Made by a program: the position numbers and the translations under genes. Shown piece after piece: positions 53,843-63,005 of a stretch of DNA of 64,000 nt; position 1 is the stretch's first letter; each line of letters starts with the position of its first letter. This DNA is from Nanobdellati archaeon. GTDB taxonomy: Archaea > EX4484-52 > GLR71. The stretch covers positions 7,961-71,960 of the forward strand of contig JAHYJR010000003.1 of NCBI GenBank assembly GCA_019429005.1, read 5' to 3'. The notes beneath the pieces were generated by a model that did not search any database, was not told where the DNA came from, and saw nothing but the letters and a program-made list of their open reading frames with translations.

Positions 53843-56280
53843 TTCTACATCAGCAACAGTAATACCACTTACAGTCACTTCAGTTTTACCAGCAAGAGCG
53901 GAACTGAATGTGTTGTAGTTCTGTAATACATAAGCTGCGTTACCTGTATCAACTGCACTATAACCTGCAACGATTAAAGCAACGGAACCATCACCGAATG
54001 CATTATCAACAATTTGGATTTTTGCTTTATCTTTGTTGATTCTTACACCAGTCTCGTCCTCAGCTCTCCAATCAGTAGCAGCCATTGCTTTACCATCTGC
54101 AGCAAGCTCAGCAACAAGTGTGTTTACAGCTGGACCACCTACAAGAATTAGGTTTCCGAGTTTCTCTGCGTCACTCACTTTACTGTCAAGTTTTGCAATA
54201 CCAGCAGTTGGAATAGCTGGAACAGATACAGATGCACTAGCACTGGATGTTGTACCATCAGTAGTTGAAGTTGCAACAGACATTCCTGGCTCACCTACGA
54301 ATACTTGAGCTACGGATGGAGACTCAGCATAGGATATCTTTGCATTCAATGGACCATTACTATCACCAGATAACTCAATAGAAGTACCCCATTTTGTTAT
54401 ACCAGTATATAGGTATGTATCGCCAACTTGTGCAAGAGATGCACTAGTACCTGTTAAGTAATTAGCAGTAACACCAGTTGATGTATATGCACTAATACCA
54501 TATCGGTTTGTTGATGCAGCTGTATAAACTGCATTAACAACAATTACGGAATTCGAACCAAATACACTATCAGGAACTCTATCAGCACCATCTTCAGTTA
54601 CAGTTACAGTTACATCACCAGAAGTCTCATTTACAGCACCGATATCAATCTTTGCTGCATTAGGTGTATATATTGAAGTTACACCAGCATCCATAATATC
54701 ACCATTTCCATTCATATCAACAGTCAAATTTGAAATTGATGGAGTAGCTGAATTAAAGTCTACAACATACTTAAATGGTATACCTGCAACATAAAAGAAA
54801 TTGTCTTCTGCATCATTATATGAATATATAGTAGTTGCACCAGTTCCAAGATCTTTTATTGTTGTTTTGCTTGCTGTAGAACCTACATCAAAACTTGTTA
54901 TTTGTAACAGTTTAGATCCAGTATCAGCTGTACCTATTGTAAAGTATTCAGTTTTTTTAATAGCTATACCTTCAGTAAGAACAATTGAATAGTTAGATTT
55001 ATCTGCAAGATAAAAATTTGTTCCATCAAAGTGTGCAAATTGAAGTGTAGCCATACCAGACACAGTTGGTAAAGTTATAGCCATGGTTGAACTTCCATCC
55101 TGTTTAACAGTTATAGTTTCCCTACCAGCAGCATTCATTGCAGGATCAATTCCATTGAATTGGAATTTTATTGCGTTAAATACCGGCTCAGTAATACTAT
55201 TACCAACAGCAACAAAAGAATCTTCATTTGGTGCATAAGTAATTGTCAAGGAACTGTTAGTTACAGTAGCAGTAGCCCCCTGTATTGTTTCTTCATCCTT
55301 TCCAGCTTTTACAGCATTACTTTCAAAGATAAGTTTATCAGAACCTACGAAAAGTTCAGCATAAGCAGACTCACCAGCTCCACCAGCAGCGGAAGGTGTT
55401 TTAGTTGCAGTAACTGTCTTTACATATATTTTAGAATCAAAACCAGCTATAGAGATATATGATCCTTGAGCGTATGTATCAGTAACACCGTTTACTGTAA
55501 TAATTGCTTTTGCAGGTATATCAGATGTCCATGAACTCATCTGTATTGTTACAGTTTTACCTTCAAGTTCTACTGATTTCTGAGCACCACCAGCATCAAC
55601 TGTCATTTTCTCGCCACCACCATATAATACTAATTTCGTTAGTTGAAGCTCATCTACAGCACTTGAGAATGTGTAATCTTTACCGAACATATTGATTGTT
55701 TTTCCAGATAATGTTGTATAATCAACAGCATTCTCAAACACAACTTTCATTGTAGTAAGTAATTCATCTGTAGGAACATCCATATATAATGTTGGTGTTG
55801 TTACATCAGTTGTTGGTTTACCGAAAGATACAGTATTACCACCAAGGATTAATTGCTGTGTGAATTTTATCTCGTCCTGCTTTGTATTAAGAACAGTTCC
55901 GTCTGCAAGAACATTTGGAAGATCAGCTGAAGTAACTCTTCTTTTTAAAGTATCATTTAATGCACCTTCAAGATATAAGTTAGTTGCAACGGATTTTACT
56001 TGTACACCATCTGTTACAGAAGCTGAACCAGCATCGCATGATACGGAAACAGTCTGTGACTCTGCACCAGTCTGTGCTAATTTAGCACCTATGTTAATAG
56101 CTCCAACAACATCTTCTGTTGCTGCAGTTGCACCTACTACTATAACTGAACTGATCCCATCCACTGTTGCGAAAGGTGCTGGATATTGATCAAGAGTTGT
56201 AGCTGCAGATGCTGGACCTAATAGTGTTGCTCCCATTAAAAGAGAACCCATCATTATTGTCCCTAATTTTTTCATTATTT
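53840..56280 (-). CDS. S-layer protein, MJ0822/Methanococcales-type (S_layer_N and S_layer_C domains)
   Basis: Likely start is ATG at 56280 (MQKIMKKLGTIMMGSLLMGATLLGPASA signal peptide) with SD AGAGGT 8 nt upstream. The listed ORF start is TTG at 56323. N-terminal SSVIVVGATAATEDVVGAINIGAKL and C-terminal LILVGGPAVNTLVAEL...ALIVAGYSAVDTGNAAYVL match the archaeal S-layer family. GC content and codon usage are markedly higher than in neighbouring genes. Confidence 0.8.
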
Positions 56281-56344
56281 TCTGCATATTTATAACCTCT
56301 TTACTTATTTGCATAAAAAGCAAATTACTCGTGCAATCAAAATC

Positions 56345-56447
56345 TATCTATAATAGATATTTCTTAATTACTCTGCAAAAAGAATCTATCTGTAAGAGAT
56401 AGTTCCAAATCACATAAACATAGATTGTGTGAGGGTATATATATACC
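56345..56447 (-). promoter_or_regulatory. S-layer gene upstream region. 14-bp perfect palindrome GGTATATATATACC (56434-56447, TATA/BRE-like or operator) and two ATCTAT-type inverted repeats (56345-56359 tatctataatagata; 56386-56402 ctatct-gtaag-agatag).
   Basis: Palindromes read directly from the sequence. They lie 65-170 nt upstream of the ATG at 56280. Confidence 0.35.
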
Positions 56448-56784
56448 TTTCTCGAAACAGTTCCAACACTATAAACAACCATTTTGAAAAACACTTTAAA
56501 TTAAAAAAGAAGGTCAATTTAAACGTTTAAATGTTCCAATGAGAATAATTAATGTTTAAATTAGTTATAAAAGACTTTTGAAGAGTTTAAAATTTTTAAC
56601 AAAAAAACAGACCAATTTAAACACCATTTTAGATAGGTCTAATAAACAACAGAAAAATCCTAAAAGACTCACAATTTTAACCAGACTAAACCCTAAAATA
56701 CCTGAAAACTTACAAAAATCAAGATAAATAAACCAAAAAAAAAACACAAAATAAAACAAAAAATCTGATAAAACAAAAATAATT

Positions 56785-56894
56785 CCATAAAATAACCTAA
56801 AAATCACCATAAAATAACCTAAAAAGCACCATAAAATAACCTAAAAAGCACCATAAAATGACCTAAAAAGCACCATAAAATAACCTAAAAAAAC
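56785..56894. repeat. 5 x 22-bp tandem direct repeat (ccataaaataacctaaaaagca) with phased A-tracts, far upstream of the S-layer gene in the divergent intergenic region
   Basis: Units at 56785-56806, 56807-56828, 56829-56850, 56851-56872 and 56873-56894. Same period and copy number as the array at 53653-53762. Confidence 0.9.
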
Positions 56895-56963
56895 CACTAT
56901 ATAACACAAAACAGCCCTTAACTAAAAACATAAAAATCAAACCCATAACTAACACAACAAACA

Positions 56964-56972
56964 CATATATAT
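56964..56972 (+). promoter_or_regulatory. TATA-like box (catatatat) centred about 27 nt upstream of the ATG at 56995, implying a leaderless transcript
   Basis: Archaeal TATA-to-TSS spacing of about 25-27 nt places the TSS at or next to the start codon. No SD is visible. Confidence 0.3.
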
Positions 56973-56994
56973 CACATAAATACAAATAGTAAAT

Positions 56995-58782
56995 ATGACA
57001 GTAGAAACAAAAAAGACAATACTCCTTATAAAAGAAAGTCTATATATGAAAAAATGCACACACACAGACAAACTTACGACAACATTAAATATAGACAACA
57101 AAAAGATTGCAAAATACACTATAAAACTCAATAAAAAAGACATAAAAAACAAACATATCAAAGAATGTTTGCCTGAAGAATACAAAATTACTTTAAAATT
57201 CGACATAAATGACATAAAAATAGATGAAATAAACACAATAGAACAAGATTATTTTATTTCAACAATACAAATCAATAATAAAAATGAGAACAACATAAAC
57301 ATATTATGTGAATCAGATAAGCATATTAAAAAAATAGAACTCAATAAAGTTAGAAATTGTATAATCTTCCATTTAGAAAAGGGTGCAGCCATCCTAGGTT
57401 ACATTTCAAAAGATATAGAAATGACTAAAAAAGAAAATTCAATTGATACAACAACAAACAATAATGAAATCAAGCTTATATTCACATTCTCAAAAAAAAA
57501 TGTATTGTCTGCACTAGATAAATATGATACAATCAACCGAAACATAGCCCTAAACACAAAAGAATACCAACAAATTGATAACGAAACCGAAGATTTAACA
57601 ACAAACAAAGAGATAAATGAAGCCTTCAAATGGTCTTCCATACACCTTAAAAATATAGATCCGAACAACATACCAGAAACCCGAAAAATGACTTCAGAAG
57701 AAAAATTATATTATACACTTGGTGCAAACAGTATTGGAGAAACTAAAAAAGCAGAACTTATTTTTGAAGAAATATCAAAAAACATAGAAACACTAACTGA
57801 AAAAACATATCCATTATTCATCTTTACATTAGAAAACCACATAAATCATATAAATGACAGAATAACAAGAGAGCATTTAGAAAAAAGATTCAAAAACACA
57901 ATTGATTATTGTATCACACAATACAAAATATACAAACATAAACAAAAAAATGATATAGAACTTGACGCATTATGGCTTTTAGCCTTAGATACAACAGACA
58001 AAAAAGAAGCAAGGAATATATTACACACAATAGAATCCAAATGTAATACAGATGATATCACAATAAAACACATACTACCTCTTTTTAGCGGAAAAATTAC
58101 AAAACTAAATGCAAATAACATAATCAAAATAATAAAACAAGAATTTATGACCTCTTATGGTATAAGAACAAGAAGCTGCCTTAATCCAAAATACAAACCC
58201 TCAATAGAACAAGAAGGCGCAATATCATTAATAAAAACTGCATTATTCACAATAGGTGTACTTCAATATGATATTGATGAAGGCCATGCAATGCTAAAAA
58301 ACCTATCAAAACTAATGGGAACACACACAATAGGGCACTTTCAGAAAACATTAAATGCTGCAGATGGATCACAAATAAAAACAAGTCAAAATGACATATC
58401 GCTTGAAACGACAGCATTAATTATTTATGCAATTGACACATATCTTGCAGGAATAAAACCTAAATTATCATCAAATAGGATATTTATAAGACCTAAAATA
58501 TCACGAAACCTGAATGATATAATGCGTAATGACAAACAAATTGGAACAAATAAAATGCACACATACATAAAATGGAACGATACAGAAGATAAAGACCTTA
58601 TAAGCATGAATATAATATTTGAAAACAGACCAAACAACAAAGGAATAATTGAATTACCAGGTGAATTTAAAACATTTATAATAAATGGAAAAGAAACTGT
58701 TGGTCCAAAATGCGAATTTCGTATGAAACAGATCAACAATATATTAGCATTAAAAAATAAATCAATCAATATAAGTCGATAA
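56995..58782 (+). CDS. Divergent glycogen-debranching-enzyme C-terminal (GDE_C)-like (alpha/alpha)6-barrel glycoside hydrolase-like protein. Tentative.
   Basis: DALWLLALD and SYGIRTRSCLNPKYKP resemble GDE_C signature regions (DAxLWf; GLRTLS..p.Y.P). The YHNGxVWP motif is absent. Its 3' end overlaps the pan 3' end by 21 nt (convergent). Confidence 0.35.
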   Translation: MTVETKKTILLIKESLYMKKCTHTDKLTTTLNIDNKKIAKYTIKLNKKDIKNKHIKECLPEEYKITLKFDINDIKIDEINTIEQDYFISTIQINNKNENNINILCESDKHIKKIELNKVRNCIIFHLEKGAAILGYISKDIEMTKKENSIDTTTNNNEIKLIFTFSKKNVLSALDKYDTINRNIALNTKEYQQIDNETEDLTTNKEINEAFKWSSIHLKNIDPNNIPETRKMTSEEKLYYTLGANSIGETKKAELIFEEISKNIETLTEKTYPLFIFTLENHINHINDRITREHLEKRFKNTIDYCITQYKIYKHKQKNDIELDALWLLALDTTDKKEARNILHTIESKCNTDDITIKHILPLFSGKITKLNANNIIKIIKQEFMTSYGIRTRSCLNPKYKPSIEQEGAISLIKTALFTIGVLQYDIDEGHAMLKNLSKLMGTHTIGHFQKTLNAADGSQIKTSQNDISLETTALIIYAIDTYLAGIKPKLSSNRIFIRPKISRNLNDIMRNDKQIGTNKMHTYIKWNDTEDKDLISMNIIFENRPNNKGIIELPGEFKTFIINGKETVGPKCEFRMKQINNILALKNKSINISR

Positions 58783-59925
58783 TGCATTTTTCTTCTTCTT
58801 AATACCTAAAACTTTATCTCGTGCTTTAAGGAAATCATCTGTAAAAACATGTTTACGATTTTCACGTATAGCAAAATAGCCAGCCTCAACACACACAGAC
58901 CTTATTTCAGCACCAGTAAATCCTTTAATGTTTTTAACAATAATTTCAGAATCAACAGATTTGTCAAGAGTCATCTTTTTTGTGTGAATCTCAAATATAG
59001 CTTTACGACCGTCTTTATCTGGTTCAGGTATCAACAATATACGATCCAACCTACCCGGCCTTATAACTGCAGAATCCAATATATCAATCCTGTTTGTCGC
59101 ACCGATAACCTTAACATTATCAAGCGATTTAAAACCATCAATCTCAGCAAGAAGCTGCATAAAAGTCCTTTGAACCTCACGCTCACCTGAAGTACCAACT
59201 TCAATCCTCTTTGAAGCAATAGCATCAATTTCATCAATAAATATTATTGCAGGTGCCTTATCTCTTGCAAGCTGAAATATAGATTTTACAAGTTTTGCAC
59301 CCTGACCTATAAATTTCTGGACAAGTTCACTCCCAACAATCTCAATAAATACAGCATTAGTACTATTTGCAACAGCTTTTGCAAGAAGAGTCTTACCAGT
59401 TCCAGGAGGACCATAAAGCAAAATACCTTTAGGTGGTTCAATACCTACTTCCTTAAAAAGTTCAGGTTTTGTAAGTGGTAATTCTATAACTTCTTTAATC
59501 TCAATAATCTCCTGCTTAAGACCACCTATATTTTTCCAAGTTGTATTAGGTTTTTCAATTATTACAAACTCATTTACATCATAATTCTTTTTCAACCCAA
59601 TTTTCTGGACAACTGAAAGTGATTTCTGATCAAGTAAAACTTCATCACCAGGAACAAGCTTAGAATCAAGAGCCTTATCTACAAACACAGAAAACTCATT
59701 ACCATTCTTCAAACGTACAATAACATTATCATAAGATAACAGTTCAATAACTTCCCCTACTAACAAAGGCGGTATCTTATATCGCATAAGTTCAGCTTTA
59801 AGCTCTGCTATCTGAGTTTTTGCATGTATAAGTTTATCTTCATCACTACCTGAATCAGAAACAACATTATATTCTGGATTATCAGAAAAAACATCATCAT
59901 CATAAAAAGAATCTTCATCTGCCAT
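58762..59925 (-). CDS. pan: Proteasome-activating nucleotidase PAN (AAA+ ATPase)
   Basis: N-terminal coiled coil, OB region, GPPGTGKT Walker A, DEID Walker B, second region of homology with arginine fingers, C-terminal hydrophobic-Tyr-X motif (STYID). Confidence 0.9.
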   Translation of the reverse strand: MADEDSFYDDDVFSDNPEYNVVSDSGSDEDKLIHAKTQIAELKAELMRYKIPPLLVGEVIELLSYDNVIVRLKNGNEFSVFVDKALDSKLVPGDEVLLDQKSLSVVQKIGLKKNYDVNEFVIIEKPNTTWKNIGGLKQEIIEIKEVIELPLTKPELFKEVGIEPPKGILLYGPPGTGKTLLAKAVANSTNAVFIEIVGSELVQKFIGQGAKLVKSIFQLARDKAPAIIFIDEIDAIASKRIEVGTSGEREVQRTFMQLLAEIDGFKSLDNVKVIGATNRIDILDSAVIRPGRLDRILLIPEPDKDGRKAIFEIHTKKMTLDKSVDSEIIVKNIKGFTGAEIRSVCVEAGYFAIRENRKHVFTDDFLKARDKVLGIKKKKNALSTYID

Positions 59926-59981
59926 AACATAATCTTGTAGTAAATACCTTTAAATATTTGATAAGAATCCACAATACAAAA

Positions 59982-60815
59982 TCAAATAAGAGGTCTCAAA
60001 ACAGGATAATTCAGTTTAAAATCAATATCACTAAGCTCAAATACAGATTCACTATTACACACAGCTTTACACCTATGTTCTTTTGCTAAGGTCTCAATCA
60101 AATCAACATCTAAAGTATCACCTTCAATAATTAGGATTTCAGGATCATATGTTTTCAAATAATCAATATCTAATTGAGAAATATTTGATGCCAATACAAT
60201 AATCTTGCAACCCCTCTTCATGATAAGTCTTGCAGCTTCAACACCCTCTTTTGAATCTATAAGTGCAATCACCGAACCTTCAACACTAATAGGAAGACCA
60301 CCCACACACGAAAAGGTATCTAAAAATAAATAAGTCTTATCACTTCTAATTTCTAGATTAAAAGAGACATCAGGTTTTGAAAGATTTACCTTATTTGTAA
60401 AAGTATCAACGATCCAAGAACCAATCTCAGCTGCAAATTCTTGACTTGTAAACTCATGCTTTCCAACACGTTTAACTCTAACTGCAAAAGTCTTATTTTT
60501 TGTTAATTGAATTTTCGCCAAATCCAAAACAGATTTTTTTAAAATAGCTTTATCCGTATCAACCACAATAACTTGAGATACCGAAACAAGACCAAAAACC
60601 TTTTGAATTATACCGATTGCAACTTTTGTATCACTATTTGGCACAGATACAAAAATACGATTACGATCATACCGTACTTTAAACTTAACCATCCCACGAT
60701 ACAGATTACCTTTAATATTTTTGACAAGCTGAATCAAAAATTTGTTCTTAACCTGATCAGATTTAAGCCAAAGTTCACCGAATTTACAAAGCAATAGATT
60801 ATCCATAAATACCAA
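59982..60815 (-). CDS. ThiI-like THUMP-domain protein, short, with a degenerate PP-loop
   Basis: N-terminus FGELWLKSDQVKNKFLIQLVKNI matches the ThiI N-terminal ferredoxin-like/THUMP region. The PP-loop position reads GGLPISVEGSVIALIDSKEGVEAARLIMKRGCKIIVL, so SGGxDS is not conserved. The protein ends about 85 aa later. Confidence 0.55.
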   Translation of the reverse strand: MVFMDNLLLCKFGELWLKSDQVKNKFLIQLVKNIKGNLYRGMVKFKVRYDRNRIFVSVPNSDTKVAIGIIQKVFGLVSVSQVIVVDTDKAILKKSVLDLAKIQLTKNKTFAVRVKRVGKHEFTSQEFAAEIGSWIVDTFTNKVNLSKPDVSFNLEIRSDKTYLFLDTFSCVGGLPISVEGSVIALIDSKEGVEAARLIMKRGCKIIVLASNISQLDIDYLKTYDPEILIIEGDTLDVDLIETLAKEHRCKAVCNSESVFELSDIDFKLNYPVLRPLI

Positions 60816-60895
60816 TCACAATAATTTATTAAAAGTTTGATTTTAATAGACATTATAGAGTTAATTTAATAAAACTTACAGGAGATTATAAGAAA

Positions 60896-61885
60896 ATGAT
60901 TACAATTGGTATTGAAGGAACTGCACACACCTTTGGAATTGGTATAATAGAAAAGAAAGGAAAAAAGTGTACAATTCTTTCAAGCATTAAAAAAACATAT
61001 TTCCCAGACAAAGGTATACACCCACGAGAAGCTGCACAACACCATATAACCGTCGCAAAAGACATATATCTAGAGGCTCTCAAAAAAGCAGAAATAAAAG
61101 AAAAAGACATCGATCTTGTATCATTCTCAATGGGTCCTGGTCTTATGCCAAGCTTAAAAACAGCAGCTATCTTTGCAAGAACACTTTCACAGAAGCTTAA
61201 AAAACCAATCATAGGCGTAAATCACTGCGTAGCACACATTGAAATTGGAAAAATCTTGACAAACGCAAAAGACCCAATTGTAATATTTGTCTCAGGTGGA
61301 AATTCACAAATTATCGGATATTCTGGTGGAAGATACAGAATATTTGGTGAAACCCTTGATATCGCGGTTGGAAATGCGATTGATAAATTTGCACGTATCG
61401 CAAAACTTGGAAACCCAGGTGGACCAAAACTAGATAAGGCTGCAATTGGTGGCAATTACATTAAAATGCCCTATTCTGTAAAAGGAATGGATTTCTCATT
61501 TTCAGGACTGCTCACTTCAGCCTCAACAAAAATAGACCAAAATAAAAATGAGCTCAAAGACATATGCTATTCATTCAGGCATAACTGTTTTGCAATGCTC
61601 ACTGAAGTCGCCGAACGTGCATTATCACACACAGAAAAATCTGAAATCTTAGTAGTAGGTGGTGTCGCTGCATCTGAAACTTTCAAAAACATGCTCAATA
61701 TTATGTGCAAAGAGCGAGGTGCAAAAGCCTATGCAGTACCAACAGAATATTCCGGCGACAACGGTGCTATGATTGCATGGCAAGGTGCTTTAGAACACAG
61801 TGCGGGACGAGAACATAAGATTGAAGACACACATGTCACACCCAAATGGCGCACAGACCAAGTTGAGATTGAATATATTAAATAA
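60896..61885 (+). CDS. kae1: tRNA N6-adenosine threonylcarbamoyltransferase Kae1 (KEOPS catalytic subunit), not fused to Bud32
   Basis: ASKHA fold with metal-binding motifs HxxH (VNHCVAHIE) and SGG. C-terminal GDNGAMIAW. Ends with a stop at 61885. Confidence 0.9.
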   Translation: MITIGIEGTAHTFGIGIIEKKGKKCTILSSIKKTYFPDKGIHPREAAQHHITVAKDIYLEALKKAEIKEKDIDLVSFSMGPGLMPSLKTAAIFARTLSQKLKKPIIGVNHCVAHIEIGKILTNAKDPIVIFVSGGNSQIIGYSGGRYRIFGETLDIAVGNAIDKFARIAKLGNPGGPKLDKAAIGGNYIKMPYSVKGMDFSFSGLLTSASTKIDQNKNELKDICYSFRHNCFAMLTEVAERALSHTEKSEILVVGGVAASETFKNMLNIMCKERGAKAYAVPTEYSGDNGAMIAWQGALEHSAGREHKIEDTHVTPKWRTDQVEIEYIK

Positions 61886-61930
61886 ACAAATCCACAAATC
61901 AAAACATTTCAAAATTAATTCAATAACAAA

Positions 61931-62902
61931 TCACAAATGCTTAATATAATCAAAAAAATCTGATATATTCACATCAATATTTAATTCTACAGCATCCACA
62001 ATCCTAGAATCTAACGGTTTAGGTAAACAACCAGAATCATAAAAATTATAATACCTACCTAAAACAGCGTCAATTTTTGACATATCACAATCATCAATAG
62101 AAAATGGAATTGTACACAATTTAAAATCCTTATAAGACATACCTTTCTGAAGACATTTATTCAAAAACAAACTTTCCATAGCAAGATTTGAGATATAATT
62201 ATCAGACAATTCATGATAACCTCCCAATTCAGAAGATGTATGATCAACACCAAAAAGACCATAACCACCATCAATCGTAGAAAATATATAATTTGCAGGA
62301 TCAATCGAATCTTCAAATTTAACTATACCAATATTACAATGTTTAAGAGAATATTGATTAAATCCTAACCACTCAACAACATTCAAGATAAAATCATCAA
62401 CAAAATCAGTATCATAACTAAAGATTTCAAGAAATTTATTTAAAAAAGGTGTTAATCGCATTTCGCCATTTGTCTCAATAACATTACATGCAAGACCTTT
62501 AGAATCAATAGGATTATCATACAAATAATAACCACAAGGATTATGAGGTGATACAACACCATAAGACTCATAAAATGTTTTAAGAACATCTGTCACCCTA
62601 AGTTCATTTAAAGCTTTTTCAGGACTTAATACACCAAAAATAGAAGTACCTCTAAAATAAGTCCCATCATAAGGCCGACAACCTTTCAATTTATAAAAAG
62701 AATTACCATCAACACCCTCAACCAAAAACACCGAAGATCTATAGCCTACAGAATATGCTTCTTGACCTCCAACATCACTCATTATCCATGGTGACTGCAA
62801 TATTTCAGGCACATCAAAAGAACCAAAAGGAACAAAATAACCATCAGTCTGCTTTAATTGTACTTTAGATTTACAATCTAAACTTATACCCATACAACAC
62901 AA
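61931..62902 (-). CDS. Hypothetical protein (possibly kinase-like fold), function unknown
   Basis: 323-aa ORF with reasonable codon usage. Only weak kinase-like hints (G-rich loop VGGQEAYSVGY, H.N, DGGYG). Confidence 0.4.
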   Translation of the reverse strand: MCCMGISLDCKSKVQLKQTDGYFVPFGSFDVPEILQSPWIMSDVGGQEAYSVGYRSSVFLVEGVDGNSFYKLKGCRPYDGTYFRGTSIFGVLSPEKALNELRVTDVLKTFYESYGVVSPHNPCGYYLYDNPIDSKGLACNVIETNGEMRLTPFLNKFLEIFSYDTDFVDDFILNVVEWLGFNQYSLKHCNIGIVKFEDSIDPANYIFSTIDGGYGLFGVDHTSSELGGYHELSDNYISNLAMESLFLNKCLQKGMSYKDFKLCTIPFSIDDCDMSKIDAVLGRYYNFYDSGCLPKPLDSRIVDAVELNIDVNISDFFDYIKHL

Positions 62903-63005
62903 TAGATAGAGTATAATTTTAAATAAGTTTTTAAAAACAAATTAAAGCATCAAAAATATAAAGTAAGATAAATCACTAAAGATATTCTTACAATACAAAA
63001 AACAC

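Noticed and set aside
54033-56189. Several plus-strand ORFs of 60-110 aa inside the S-layer gene (54033-54308, 54801-54992, 55160-55462, 55504-55695, 55860-56189)
   Set aside because: They are antisense to a strongly supported 827-aa S-layer CDS with signal peptide and family-specific N- and C-terminal domains. They have no independent signals.
56511-56632. Two copies of caatttaaac (gtcaatttaaacg at about 56513 and accaatttaaaca at about 56619), plus the palindrome TTTAAACGTTTAAA (about 56519-56532)
   Set aside because: They are short and AT-only. In DNA this AT-rich such matches are expected by chance. They are noted but not promoted without motif-enrichment evidence.
56324-56994. Search for tRNA or other structured ncRNA in the long (670-nt) intergenic region, and in 44119-44294 and 52658-52802
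   Set aside because: All are under 30% GC with no GC-rich cloverleaf-sized segments and no conserved tRNA T-loop (GTTCRANNC) or D-loop boxes in suitable spacing. Only short palindromes and direct repeats were seen, and these are reported separately.
56565-57236. Small hydrophobic minus-strand ORFs (81 aa, 95 aa) in or next to the S-layer / GDE-like divergent intergenic region
   Set aside because: Composition-driven (poly-Phe/Ile/Leu from A/T-rich DNA). One is antisense to the 595-aa plus-strand CDS. There is no RBS or promoter context.
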